NCBI GenBank assembly: GCA_028279805.1
Contig: JANQMZ010000007.1
Span: 60,001 to 92,000 of the forward strand
Direction of reading: 5' to 3'
Source: an archaeon
GTDB lineage: Archaea > Iainarchaeota > Iainarchaeia > Iainarchaeales > JANQMZ01
DNA length: 32,000 nt
In this document: positions 8,572-18,289 of the stretch, piece after piece
Layout: the number at the start of each line of letters is the position of its first letter
How positions within the stretch are numbered: position 1 is the stretch's first letter
Program-made: the position numbers and the translations under genes
Notes under the pieces: generated by a model
The model's database searches: none
The model's input: only the letters and a program-made list of their open reading frames with translations
What the model was told of the DNA's origin: nothing

Positions 8572-9990
8572 ATGATTTCTTTTTATCTTCAAAAAAATCC
8601 TGTTTCGAGGGAAATAAAACAATTGTTGAAAATAGCTGCGTCGGATTATTCTGAGAATAAAAAATATGATGTTGTTATTGCTGATAAAATTCCAAAAAAT
8701 CAAAATTTTAAAGCACTGGTTTTGGTTAAAAAAAATTTAAATTTTAATTCTGATATTCCTATTCTTGAAACAGATTTGGTTGATTTGTGTCAAAAAGGGC
8801 TTAATTTTAACGCAGTAGATTACACCAAACCTTTAATTGAAGAAGAACTTTTTTTAATTAAAGAATTTTGTGCTAAAAACACTGTTTTGGCTGAAATTCC
8901 TCCTGTTTCTTTTGGCAAAACTTTTTTTGTTGTTCTTTCTCATGATATTGACCATTTGTCTTTGCATGGAATGCATTTTGAAAGAAGTGCTGATAAAAAT
9001 CTTGACAACAGAACTTTTTTTGAAAAAATAAAATCTTTTCTTGCAAACCATAAAAGTTTGCATGATAAAACTTTGGGATTTTTTGCTCTTTTTAAAGGAG
9101 GAATCTGGAAAGACATTAATAATTTTGAAAAAATTAACAATATTGAAAAAAATTTTAATTTATCTTCAACTTATTTTTTTGCTCCTTTTAAGCAAAAAGG
9201 AATTTCTTATGATTTAAAAAATGCAGAAAATCATATCAATTTTGTTAAAAAAAACAATAATGAAATTGCCTGCCATTCAGTTTCGGGGCAGAACAGTTTG
9301 AAGCATGCTGTGAATGAAAAAAAAATTGTTGAAAAATTTGCACCTGTAAAAGGAAACCGGGTGCATCATCTTGATTTTGAAAGCACAGATTTTTTAAAAA
9401 ATTTTGAAAAAGCCGGCTATTTGTATGATTCTTCTCTGGGTTTGAACAAAAAAACAGGGTTTCCCTGCCTTACAACCCAACCTTTTGTTCCTTTAAATTG
9501 TGAAAAATTAATGGAGTTTCCTTTAAATGTTCAGGATGGTTCTCTGTTCAAATCGAATGCAATGAATTTGTCTTTTCAAAAAGCAAAAAAACATTGTTTT
9601 AATTTTATGACTTTTTTTCAAAAATTTGGAGGGCAGCTTGTTTTAGACTGGCATAATGTTTTTTTTAATCCGCAGTACAGTTCCTGGGAAAAACTTTACA
9701 TTGAGTTAATAAAAAAATCATTTGAATTAAATGCTTTGCCGGTAACCATGTCTGAATGTTTTGAATTTTTTAATGAGAGAAGAAATTCTAAAATTTTGCA
9801 TAACAAAAAATCAAACTCTAATCTTTTTAGTTTTAAAACGGTTCCTAAAAATAAAATGTTTTTAAGAATCTGGAAGAATAAAAATCTTGTTATAAATGCT
9901 GAAAATGAGTTAAATATTTCTGAATCAAAAAAATGTGTTGACATTCTTTGTTCAGATAAAACACTTGTAACAGTGTCATCAAAAAATTAA
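8572..9990 (+). CDS. Polysaccharide deacetylase-like (NodB/CE4-type fold) protein
   Basis: FFVVLSHDIDHLSLHG metal-binding-like motif, NNNEIACHSVSG, GNRVHHLDF, FEKAGYLYDSSLG. Start chosen at 8572 rather than the 8503 ORF start. Confidence 0.6.
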   Translation: MISFYLQKNPVSREIKQLLKIAASDYSENKKYDVVIADKIPKNQNFKALVLVKKNLNFNSDIPILETDLVDLCQKGLNFNAVDYTKPLIEEELFLIKEFCAKNTVLAEIPPVSFGKTFFVVLSHDIDHLSLHGMHFERSADKNLDNRTFFEKIKSFLANHKSLHDKTLGFFALFKGGIWKDINNFEKINNIEKNFNLSSTYFFAPFKQKGISYDLKNAENHINFVKKNNNEIACHSVSGQNSLKHAVNEKKIVEKFAPVKGNRVHHLDFESTDFLKNFEKAGYLYDSSLGLNKKTGFPCLTTQPFVPLNCEKLMEFPLNVQDGSLFKSNAMNLSFQKAKKHCFNFMTFFQKFGGQLVLDWHNVFFNPQYSSWEKLYIELIKKSFELNALPVTMSECFEFFNERRNSKILHNKKSNSNLFSFKTVPKNKMFLRIWKNKNLVINAENELNISESKKCVDILCSDKTLVTVSSKN

Positions 9991-10970
9991 TTCATTGTTT
10001 TGTTTTCCGCGTTTTCAATATAAGTTTTTCCTTCTTTTATGAAAAAATAGTATCCTATTGCCAGAAAAAACAGTATAACTATTCTGTCCAGTAAAACAAC
10101 TGACAAGCTTATTTCTGTGGACACATTAATGTATGAATACATTAGAATCATTGTGGCATCTCTCACACCCAGACCTGAGGGTATTTGTGAAACTGTTCCC
10201 AAAAGCGAGGAGGAAGCCATTATTACAAGAATGTAGCCGAATGGCACGTATATTCCGAATCCCTGAAAAATAAGCCAGTATGATAAAACGGACAGCCCCC
10301 AGATAACCAGAATTACCGGTATTAAAAAATAAGCGTGCTTGTTGAACAAAAGCTCGGTCCACACTTCTCTTATTGTTAAGAGTGTTCTGAAAAACATTGT
10401 AAAATATTTTGAAAAAATTTTGTTTGAATTTTTATTTCCAAATTCAATAAAATAATAAAAAACTTTTAGCGGAATTAAAAAGAAAATCAATAATCCTATT
10501 ATAAAAATTCCTGCAAAAATTAAAAATTTGTCAATGGTTAAATATGGCAATCCTGCAAATAAAAAATAAACACCGACAGCTGATAAAAGCAAAACTGTTC
10601 CGATGTCTATTGCATATTCAAAGCTTGTGATTGAAATTGATTTTGTTCTGGCAATTTTTGTTTTACCGCTTAAAATCAAAGCTTTTATCGGAGCTGTGAA
10701 CTGGCTTGGAACAAAATTGTAAACAAATTTTGTAATATATTCGAGTTTGTATAAAAATTTCCATTCAACTTTCTCATTCAAAAGATGTAAAAGATATTTT
10801 GTCCTGAACGCACTTAAACCATAAACAACAAATACTAAAGAAAATCCCGCAATTATTAACCAGTAATTTTCAACCTGAAACAAAAAATTCAAATCAATTT
10901 GCTGAGTTAAAAGAAATAACAAAAAGAAAAGTATTCCGATAAAATACAACACAACATATCTTTTTTTCAT
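9987..10970 (-). CDS. Multi-TM protein of the lysylphosphatidylglycerol synthase TM / UPF0104 (AglD-like) family
   Basis: Repeated hydrophobic helices, KYITKFVYNFVPSQFTAPIKALIL, LGTVSQIPSGLGVRDATMILMY near C-terminus. Confidence 0.75.
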   Translation of the reverse strand: MKKRYVVLYFIGILFFLLFLLTQQIDLNFLFQVENYWLIIAGFSLVFVVYGLSAFRTKYLLHLLNEKVEWKFLYKLEYITKFVYNFVPSQFTAPIKALILSGKTKIARTKSISITSFEYAIDIGTVLLLSAVGVYFLFAGLPYLTIDKFLIFAGIFIIGLLIFFLIPLKVFYYFIEFGNKNSNKIFSKYFTMFFRTLLTIREVWTELLFNKHAYFLIPVILVIWGLSVLSYWLIFQGFGIYVPFGYILVIMASSSLLGTVSQIPSGLGVRDATMILMYSYINVSTEISLSVVLLDRIVILFFLAIGYYFFIKEGKTYIENAENKTMN

Positions 10971-10974
10971 TTTA

Positions 10975-12645
10975 TCATCCCAAATGTTTAATTAGTTCTT
11001 CTCCGTTAAGATTTTTGCTTTTTTTATTAATTGCTTGTAAAAGCATTTTTTGAGCTTTTGTGTTCATTGGCTCTGAAACACTGATAAAAGGGCTGTTTGT
11101 TAAAATATTTACATGAACATGTGTTTTGTCTCCGCCGGTTAGTTTTAAATGGGTTAAAAAACATATAACTGATTCAGGATTTTCAAACATTGTTTTAATG
11201 GTTTTAAAAATTTTTTTGGAATAATCTGAATCAGGGTTTGAACGTAAAAACCGGTCAATCCATATGCATGGAACTTCAACGGTTTTTGACAGTTTTAATT
11301 CATTGTTTTCAATTTTTAAAAGACTGTAAGGCCGGGGAATTGTAATTTTTTCTTCATCAATTAAATCTGATGAATCAATTTTGAAATGTTTTTCAACATG
11401 CTGTAAAACTTTTTCGGTTCGTGTAAGTGAAGGATATCTTACAATAGCTGACTGTTTTAATCCTTTTGTTAAATTAAACCATTCTGCAATGGTTTTTTTG
11501 ATAAACTCTTGGGACATTTTGTGTTTTTTTTCTTCAAATGCTTTAACTTTTTCAGGGTAATTGAACAAAAGAACTGATTTTAAATAAAGAAAAAATCTTT
11601 TGCTAATTAGTGAAATCAAATCTTTTGAAAGTGTTAACGGTTTTGAAACTTCTCCGCTGTAACCACCATAAGACCATTTTTGATGGTTTGACAAATGGGA
11701 GCAAAGGCTGTGTTTTTCTGAAAATTTTAAACTGTTTTTATTTTTTTCAATGTTTATTTTTTCAAATCCGGCGTAATCTTTTCCTTTTTTTATTTCATCT
11801 CCGCTTACCATAAACAGGCCTTTTACTTTTTCTTTATTTAATCTTTTAACAGTTTTTTTTATTGCATTTTCAAAAAGCATGTCATTCCTGTTTTTTGCAC
11901 CTGTAATGTCAGTACATTCTCTTTTTTTGTTGTTAAAATAAAAGCTCTGGCATTCGCAGTCTATTGTAAACAAAGAAACTGGTTTTTTTTCCTTTGGTTT
12001 ATAATGCCCCAATGTGTGTAAAACAAATTTCATTAATAGCTGAATGTTTGAAATATTTGATGCATCTGCTTCGGCAAAATTATGCAAATAAATATTTTTA
12101 ACATATTCAAATGCAATGTTTCCGTTAATGTAATAAATATTTTTTGTTTTTTTTGTAAAAAAACCAGAACCGTTTTCAAATTTTAAAATTTTTTTACCCC
12201 TGCCAAATTTGAACGCTTTTGGAATGTCAACATATAAGTTTTTTGGCACAATTTTTGCATTTTTTTCAGGATAAATTTTGGTTTTTTTTAAATCACGTTT
12301 TTTTGTTTCAATTTTCATTTGTTTTAATTGTTTTTTTTCAATCAGGGAACTTAAAAGAATGCATATTTTTGCTTTGGTGTTTTGTTCTAAAATTTTTAAA
12401 GTGTTTTCTGAAAAATTAACCGCAAAAAAAACATCAATATTTTTATGTTTGTTTAAATTTTTTTCTTTAATCAGCTGAGCAGATAGTTTTGCAGAATCAA
12501 ATATTAATAATTGCAACCCAAAAACTGTTAATATTTCTTTTTTTGATGGCTTGTCTGAGTAAACTATTCCGATTTTTTTTGTTTTGGAAAAATTTATTTG
12601 TTTTAACATTTTTTCTGTAATTTTAATATCTGAAAATTGTTTCAT
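10975..12645 (-). CDS. Divergent polysaccharide-deacetylase-like protein with uncharacterised N-terminal region
   Basis: VSLFTIDCECQSF, VKGLFMVSGDEIKKG, KHSLCSHLSNHQKW, IVRYPSLTRTEKVLQHVEKHFKIDSSDL, VICFLTHLKLTGG in CE4-like order. The ORF extends to 12696, but the Met at 12645 avoids overlap with the upstream gene. Confidence 0.45.
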   Translation of the reverse strand: MKQFSDIKITEKMLKQINFSKTKKIGIVYSDKPSKKEILTVFGLQLLIFDSAKLSAQLIKEKNLNKHKNIDVFFAVNFSENTLKILEQNTKAKICILLSSLIEKKQLKQMKIETKKRDLKKTKIYPEKNAKIVPKNLYVDIPKAFKFGRGKKILKFENGSGFFTKKTKNIYYINGNIAFEYVKNIYLHNFAEADASNISNIQLLMKFVLHTLGHYKPKEKKPVSLFTIDCECQSFYFNNKKRECTDITGAKNRNDMLFENAIKKTVKRLNKEKVKGLFMVSGDEIKKGKDYAGFEKINIEKNKNSLKFSEKHSLCSHLSNHQKWSYGGYSGEVSKPLTLSKDLISLISKRFFLYLKSVLLFNYPEKVKAFEEKKHKMSQEFIKKTIAEWFNLTKGLKQSAIVRYPSLTRTEKVLQHVEKHFKIDSSDLIDEEKITIPRPYSLLKIENNELKLSKTVEVPCIWIDRFLRSNPDSDYSKKIFKTIKTMFENPESVICFLTHLKLTGGDKTHVHVNILTNSPFISVSEPMNTKAQKMLLQAINKKSKNLNGEELIKHLG

Positions 12646-12655
12646 AAATTTCAAC

Positions 12656-13729
12656 TCATAATAATCCAAATAATGAAATTTTATCTTTTCCTGCAATTTT
12701 AACCGGAAAATCGTTGTATAATCTGATTAACCAGAAAGCAAAAGCCTTCCTCAAAGGCTTGTAAACCTTTATTTCTCTTGGTATTTCGTATAATTCTCCT
12801 CCGAATGTTTTTTTGAATCTGAACATTCCCAGTGATTTTTTGTCAGTAAAACCGATTGGCTTTATTCTTACTCCGCCCAAATCCAGCCATTTGAATTTGT
12901 TTTCTTTTCCAAATTTTATTAAATTCCATATCAAAAAATCATTTGTTTTTAAATGTAAAAAATCTGGATCATAAACGGTGTTCCAGTAATGAATAACTTT
13001 TTTGTAAGCTATCTGTATGCTTCCTCCAATTATTTTGTTTTGATGTTTTATTATGAAAAAATTTGCCAGTTTTTTTTTACTTAAATCAAATAATTGTTTT
13101 TGATAATCAAAATCTTCAACTCCCAGCCCCGTTCTTTTACACATTTTTTCATGCAACTTGTAATATGTTTCAATATCTTTTTCGGTTCCTTTTTCAAATT
13201 TTAAATTGTTTTTTTCAGAAATTTTTATTGATTTTCTGCATTTTCTGTTCATTTCCTTCTGAATTTTTTCCAGTGGTTTTTCTAAATCCAGTAAAAAAGT
13301 ATGTTCAGGACTTTTTTGAAAGCCATGCTCTTCCAGCCAGTAATCTGCTTTTTTTCCGACAAGTTTCGGGGAATTAATATTTGCCCTGTTTACAAAAAAA
13401 TGTGCGTTTGTTTTTTTTGCAATTTCATCAATTTTTTCAAGAATTGCTTTAATTATTTTTTCCTTGTTTTTTTGCTTAACACATAATCCTGCGTTGCCTA
13501 TTCCGGGACTATCTAAAAAATTTACAAACCTGTTTTTGAAATGAACAAGGGGAATTATTCCCACAATTTTTTCATTTTCTTTTGCTGTTAAGTACATTGG
13601 TTTTAATCCGAAGAACGGCATTAATTTTTCCCATTCTGTTCTGTGCATAGCCCAACCATAATCATTTGAATCTGTAAAATCATTCCATTCTTTGGAATCT
13701 GTTTCTTTCATTAACTCCACTTTAATCAT
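12656..13729 (-). CDS. FemAB/GNAT-type acyl- or aminoacyltransferase-like protein
   Basis: SNDYGWAMHRTEWEKLM, AKENEKIVGIIPLV, QNKIIGGSIQIAYKKVIHYWNTVYD, WLDLGGV...LGMFRFKKTFGGEL. Confidence 0.7.
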   Translation of the reverse strand: MIKVELMKETDSKEWNDFTDSNDYGWAMHRTEWEKLMPFFGLKPMYLTAKENEKIVGIIPLVHFKNRFVNFLDSPGIGNAGLCVKQKNKEKIIKAILEKIDEIAKKTNAHFFVNRANINSPKLVGKKADYWLEEHGFQKSPEHTFLLDLEKPLEKIQKEMNRKCRKSIKISEKNNLKFEKGTEKDIETYYKLHEKMCKRTGLGVEDFDYQKQLFDLSKKKLANFFIIKHQNKIIGGSIQIAYKKVIHYWNTVYDPDFLHLKTNDFLIWNLIKFGKENKFKWLDLGGVRIKPIGFTDKKSLGMFRFKKTFGGELYEIPREIKVYKPLRKAFAFWLIRLYNDFPVKIAGKDKISLFGLL

Positions 13730-14826
13730 TTGAATTCCCTCACTATTCTGATTATTTTTTCCATTTGTTTTTGTGATAACTGGTGGTGTATTGGCAGAAC
13801 AATATGTTGCTGTGAAATTTTCCAGGCATTTTTCATTGTTTTAAATTTTTGAGGCAATTCCCACATTATTCCTGCCTTATATCCTTTTTTTGACAGTTTT
13901 TTAGCTATTTTTTTATTGTTTTTTTCTGTAAACAACACAAAACCGAACGGATTTGTATGTTTTAAATCATGTTTTAAGTATTTCCGGCCTTTAAACGCTT
14001 TTTGATATTTTTCATAGTTTTCAATTCTTTTTCTTAAAATTTGTTCTTTTTTTTCAAGCCAGTAATTGCAAAGACTATTGTCAAAAGGAACCTGAAATGT
14101 TCCGGTATCATTAAATTTTATCACAAACTGTTTTGCCCTGTGAGCCAAATCAATAGGCGCATAAAAAATATTGTATAAAAAACTGTTAATAAAAGCACTT
14201 GATAAAATGTTTTCAAAAAAGAATAATAATTCTTCAAATGCAGTTAAAATAATGTTCATTTTTTTTCTTTTTTTTATTTCTTTTTTTGAAAGAACAAATT
14301 TTTTGTTTTTTATTGCAAGAATTCCTCCCGCTATTACCGGAAAAAATTTTCTGATTGAATAAATTACAAAATCTCCTATTTCTTTTTGCTTTTCTTTAGG
14401 AAAACACAAAGCATTATCTTCAATTATTATTGAACCTTTTGACTTGCACTTATTTCTTATTTTTTCAAGTTTTTTTGGCGAAATGTTCCAGTTAACCAGG
14501 TAAAAAATGCTTTCAGAATCAAGTTTGTTAAAAACATTATTTTCAGGTGTTAAATCTTTTTTAACATCATAATATTTTATGTTAATTTTTTTTTTAAACC
14601 GGTTTAATTTTAAAAAAACAACTTCACAATTGTATCCCGGTGCAAAAATTTTTTTATAACCGTTTTCAATACTTTTTTCTAACGCAATATTTATTGCATG
14701 GGAAGCGCTTCCTGTTTTTATTATCTGGTTTTGGTTTGAATAAATTTTTTGTTTTTTTGAATTAAAAGATTTTAAGAAATCTTTCAGCCCGAGAACCGGA
14801 TAATTTATTATATTAATCTGCGGCAT
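13726..14826 (-). CDS. DegT/DnrJ/EryC1/StrS-like PLP-dependent enzyme, divergent
   Basis: FAPGYNCEVVFLKLNRF, IIEDNAL, IGDFVIYSIRKFFPVIAGGIL (putative PLP lysine in RKFFP). Confidence 0.65.
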   Translation of the reverse strand: MPQINIINYPVLGLKDFLKSFNSKKQKIYSNQNQIIKTGSASHAINIALEKSIENGYKKIFAPGYNCEVVFLKLNRFKKKINIKYYDVKKDLTPENNVFNKLDSESIFYLVNWNISPKKLEKIRNKCKSKGSIIIEDNALCFPKEKQKEIGDFVIYSIRKFFPVIAGGILAIKNKKFVLSKKEIKKRKKMNIILTAFEELLFFFENILSSAFINSFLYNIFYAPIDLAHRAKQFVIKFNDTGTFQVPFDNSLCNYWLEKKEQILRKRIENYEKYQKAFKGRKYLKHDLKHTNPFGFVLFTEKNNKKIAKKLSKKGYKAGIMWELPQKFKTMKNAWKISQQHIVLPIHHQLSQKQMEKIIRIVREFK

Positions 14827-15719
14827 CAGTAAAACCTTATTTTTCTCTCTTTTAAAGCGCGTTCAACCTGGTTTGAAAATTTTGTTCTTCTGCCTGTTCT
14901 TTTAAAATTTTCAAGTTCTAAAATTAAAAAATTTTTTCCTGCATCAACTGTTTTTTTGCCGCATACTACAACTGACGCTGATATCAGGTTAATGTTTTCC
15001 CGGTTTAATTCTTTTAATAAAACAATTTTTCCGCTTGTTTCAAAAGGAGTAAATTTTATTTTTTTTTCTTCTGTAAATTCCTGCAGGGCTTCAATCGCAT
15101 TTTGTTCCAATTCTTTTTGGTTAAATTTTATATCCGCATTTTTTATTTTTTTTGCAGGAACACCCGCCATTACACTTTTTGCAGGAACATTTTTTGTTAC
15201 AACTGCTCCCGCGCCTATGACACTTTTTTCTCCTATTGAAATGCCCGGCAGTATTACAGCATTGCTTCCTATGTAAACGTTTTTTTCAATGTAAACCGGT
15301 TCTTCTTTTATTTTACCATAACCTGTTACATTTGCTTTGCTGCTGTCACTTGTTGAAATTGTAACATTTGGCCCTATGTCACATCCGTCATCAATCGTAA
15401 CAGAATCATTGCATTCGATTAAACAGTTTGGTGCAATGTAAACATTTTTTCCTATTTTTAATCTGTTTCCCCGCATGTTTGCATTGTTTTCAATTATTGA
15501 ATCGGAACCGATTTCCAAATGTTTGCAGTCAAAAACACTGTTATATTTTATTTCAACATTTTTTCCTATTGTCATTTTTTTGAATCCCAGTCCAAAAACA
15601 GTGTTTGGATAAATAACCGTAAATTTTCCTATTTTTGCCCCTAACAAACTATAAATTGTTTTTTTTAACGAGTTAAATGGCAGCATTGCCACAATTCCTG
15701 CGATTATTTTTTTTAACAT
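14826..15719 (-). CDS. Left-handed beta-helix (hexapeptide repeat) acyltransferase
   Basis: VYIGSNAVILPGISIGEKSVIGAGAVVTKNVPAKSVMAGVPAKKIK and upstream hexad repeats; TGATG overlap with the following gene start. Confidence 0.88.
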   Translation of the reverse strand: MLKKIIAGIVAMLPFNSLKKTIYSLLGAKIGKFTVIYPNTVFGLGFKKMTIGKNVEIKYNSVFDCKHLEIGSDSIIENNANMRGNRLKIGKNVYIAPNCLIECNDSVTIDDGCDIGPNVTISTSDSSKANVTGYGKIKEEPVYIEKNVYIGSNAVILPGISIGEKSVIGAGAVVTKNVPAKSVMAGVPAKKIKNADIKFNQKELEQNAIEALQEFTEEKKIKFTPFETSGKIVLLKELNRENINLISASVVVCGKKTVDAGKNFLILELENFKRTGRRTKFSNQVERALKERKIRFY

Positions 15720-15733
15720 TTTTTTCCAGCCTT

Positions 15734-16432
15734 TTATTCTGCAATTATTATCATTTTTCTTCCTAATAAGTTTATTATCGGAATTTTTGTAAAAATTTTG
15801 TCAATTATTGAAAGTTTTCCCAGAAAAGGAATTGAAAGTTTTGTTCCGAGTCCTGAAAAAAAACCCATAGTATAATCTGTGTAAAAAGAATTCAAAATTT
15901 TGAAATCACTGTTTTCAACAATTGTTTTCATTTCTTTCATTGTATATTGTTTTGGGTATTCCACATATTTTCCTAATATTTTTAATCCTAAATTTCTTAA
16001 AGCCTGAAGCAAGCTGTCATGGTTTGTTGTTAAAATTATTAATTTTCCTTCTGGTTTTAAAACTCTTTTTGCTTCTTTTAATGCTTTTCCTTCCTGCCCT
16101 CTTATTTCAACAAGCAGGCTTGACATGAACACATAATCAAATGTTTTGTTTTTAAAATTCAGTTTTAACGCGTTTCCAACTTTTGCCTGTTTAAAAAATT
16201 TTTTTGCTTCTTTTATCATTTTTTTGTTTATGTCTATTCCTTCAACTGTTGCTTTTTTTCCAAATTTTTTTGTAAACATGTACATACATATTCCTGCACC
16301 GCATCCGTTGTCAAGAATTTTTGCAGGTGTTTTAATATGCGGGCAGATATATTCTGATAAAAGTTTTACATAATCAGTTGACTGTTTATTTTGAATGGAA
16401 TAACTTTCAACTAATTTGTCATATTTGTCCAT
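15734..16432 (-). CDS. Class I SAM-dependent methyltransferase
   Basis: KILDNGCGAGICMYMFTKKFGKKATVEGIDIN, FDYVFMSSLLVEIRG, EAKRVLKPEGKLIILTTNH. Confidence 0.85.
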   Translation of the reverse strand: MDKYDKLVESYSIQNKQSTDYVKLLSEYICPHIKTPAKILDNGCGAGICMYMFTKKFGKKATVEGIDINKKMIKEAKKFFKQAKVGNALKLNFKNKTFDYVFMSSLLVEIRGQEGKALKEAKRVLKPEGKLIILTTNHDSLLQALRNLGLKILGKYVEYPKQYTMKEMKTIVENSDFKILNSFYTDYTMGFFSGLGTKLSIPFLGKLSIIDKIFTKIPIINLLGRKMIIIAE

Positions 16433-16489
16433 AAAATCAGCTAAATATTGTTTTCAAATAAGAGAAATTCAGACTATAATTGTGCTTGT

Positions 16490-16516
16490 CTTTTTTAATA
16501 AAAAGGTTGGTACAAT
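16490..16516 (+). promoter_or_regulatory. Promoter-like TTTTTTAATAAAAAGGTTGGTACAAT
   Basis: TATA-like TTTAATAAAA with GGTAC variant of the GGTGC element at similar spacing, about 80 nt before the ATG at 16594. Confidence 0.4.
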
Positions 16517-16593
16517 GCTAAAATAACCTTTTAACGCAGATATTTTGCATTTTGTTCCAATTAGTATAAAAACAATTGTTTTGCAATAATTTA

Positions 16594-17187
16594 ATGTCTA
16601 ATACTTTCATTCATCCGACAGCCGAGATTTCAGACAAATCTGTTGTTGGTGAAAACACCAAAATCTGGCACAATTCACAGGTGCGTGAAAATGTTTCAAT
16701 CGGAAAAAACTGTGTTCTGGCAAAAAATGTTTACATCGACTTAAATGTTAAAATCGGGGACAACGTAAAAATTCAGAACAATGTTTCGGTTTATGACGCC
16801 CAAATTGAAGACAATGTTTTCATCGGCCCGGGAACAACTTTTACAAATGATTTAAATCCCAGGGCTTTTATCTGGGATGAGAAAAAAAGAACAAAAAAAA
16901 CCATAATAAAAAAAGGAGCTTCAATCGGGGCAAATTCAACAATTATCGGCGGAATAACAATCGGAGAATATGCAATGATTGGCGCCGGCTCGGTTGTTAC
17001 AAAAAGTATTCCTGCACATGCACTTGCATTCGGAAATCCCTGCAAAATCAAAGGATTTGTTTCAAAAAATGGTGAAAAACTTGACATTGTTGAATCACAA
17101 AATTCTGATACTGTTGTTTTAAAATCTTCAAAATCAAATGAAACCGTTTCAATTCCAAAAAAAATTTTTGAAAAGGTGAAAAAATGA
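16594..17187 (+). CDS. UDP-2-acetamido-3-amino-2,3-dideoxy-D-glucuronate N-acetyltransferase-like (WbpD/WlbB family)
   Basis: [94 protein letters not shown]. Next to WbpE- and WbpB-like genes. Confidence 0.88.
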   Translation: MSNTFIHPTAEISDKSVVGENTKIWHNSQVRENVSIGKNCVLAKNVYIDLNVKIGDNVKIQNNVSVYDAQIEDNVFIGPGTTFTNDLNPRAFIWDEKKRTKKTIIKKGASIGANSTIIGGITIGEYAMIGAGSVVTKSIPAHALAFGNPCKIKGFVSKNGEKLDIVESQNSDTVVLKSSKSNETVSIPKKIFEKVKK

Positions 17188-18278
17188 TTCCTATTGCAAA
17201 CCCTTCCTTGGGTTCAGAAGAAGAAAATGCTATAAAAAATGTTTTAAATTCAAATATTTTGGCACAGGGAAAACAAGTTCAGGAATTTGAAAAAAATTTT
17301 GCAGATTTTATAGGAACAAAACATGCAATTGCAACATCATCCGGAACAACCGCGTTACATGTTGCTCTTCTTGCAACCGGAATAAAAAAAAATGACGAAG
17401 TTATTACAACTCCTTTCAGTTTTATTGCTTCATCAAATTCAATTGTTTATTGCAATGCGAAACCCGTTTTTGCGGATATTGATGAAAACACGTTTAACAT
17501 TAATGCGGATTTAATTGAAGAAAAAATTTCAAACAAAACAAAGGCTATTATGCCTGTTCACTTGTTCGGGCAGCCTGCGGAAATGAAAAAAATAATGCAG
17601 ATTGCTGAAAAACATAACCTTACAGTTATTGAAGATGCGTGCCAGTCTCATGGCTCAGAATTTGATGGCAAAAAAACAGGTTCTTTTGACACTGGCTGTT
17701 TTAGTTTTTATCCAACAAAAAACATGACAACATCTGAAGGCGGAATCATTACAACCGATTCTGATAAAATTAATGATTTGTCCAGACTGTTAAGAGAGCA
17801 TGGTTCAAGAAAAAAATATTATAACGAAATTTTGGGATACAATTTCAGAATGACTAATATTGCAGCTGCAATAGGATTGGAACAGTTAAAAAAGCTTGAG
17901 AATTTTAATGAAAAAAGGCAGAAAAATGCTGAATATCTTTCAAAAGGCCTGAAAGACATTCCCGGCCTGATTGTTCCTGAAACAGCTTCAAACAGAACAC
18001 ATGTTTTTCACCAGTATACTGTGAGAATAACAAATGAGGCAAAAATGTCAAGGAACAGTTTTTCAGAAAAACTTAATGAAAATCAGATAGGCAATTCTGT
18101 TTTTTATCCTGTTCCTTTATACAAACAAAGCGTTTACAAAAATTTTGGTTTTGAAAATATTGAACTTCCCGTAACTGAAAAAATCTGCAACGAAGTAATA
18201 AGTTTGCCGGTTCATCCGATGCTTTCACAAAAAGATTTGGATACAATTATTTCGGTTGTTTCAAAAATTTTAGGTTAA
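17184..18278 (+). CDS. DegT/DnrJ/EryC1/StrS aminotransferase (WbpE/WlbC-like)
   Basis: [71 protein letters not shown] (PLP Lys), LRMTNI-type [15 protein letters not shown]. Confidence 0.93.
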   Translation: MIPIANPSLGSEEENAIKNVLNSNILAQGKQVQEFEKNFADFIGTKHAIATSSGTTALHVALLATGIKKNDEVITTPFSFIASSNSIVYCNAKPVFADIDENTFNINADLIEEKISNKTKAIMPVHLFGQPAEMKKIMQIAEKHNLTVIEDACQSHGSEFDGKKTGSFDTGCFSFYPTKNMTTSEGGIITTDSDKINDLSRLLREHGSRKKYYNEILGYNFRMTNIAAAIGLEQLKKLENFNEKRQKNAEYLSKGLKDIPGLIVPETASNRTHVFHQYTVRITNEAKMSRNSFSEKLNENQIGNSVFYPVPLYKQSVYKNFGFENIELPVTEKICNEVISLPVHPMLSQKDLDTIISVVSKILG

Positions 18279-18289
18279 GTGTTTTTCAA

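Noticed and set aside
15425-15450. TTTGGTGCAATG match
   Set aside because: Inside the hexapeptide acyltransferase coding sequence (YIAPNC region); coincidental.
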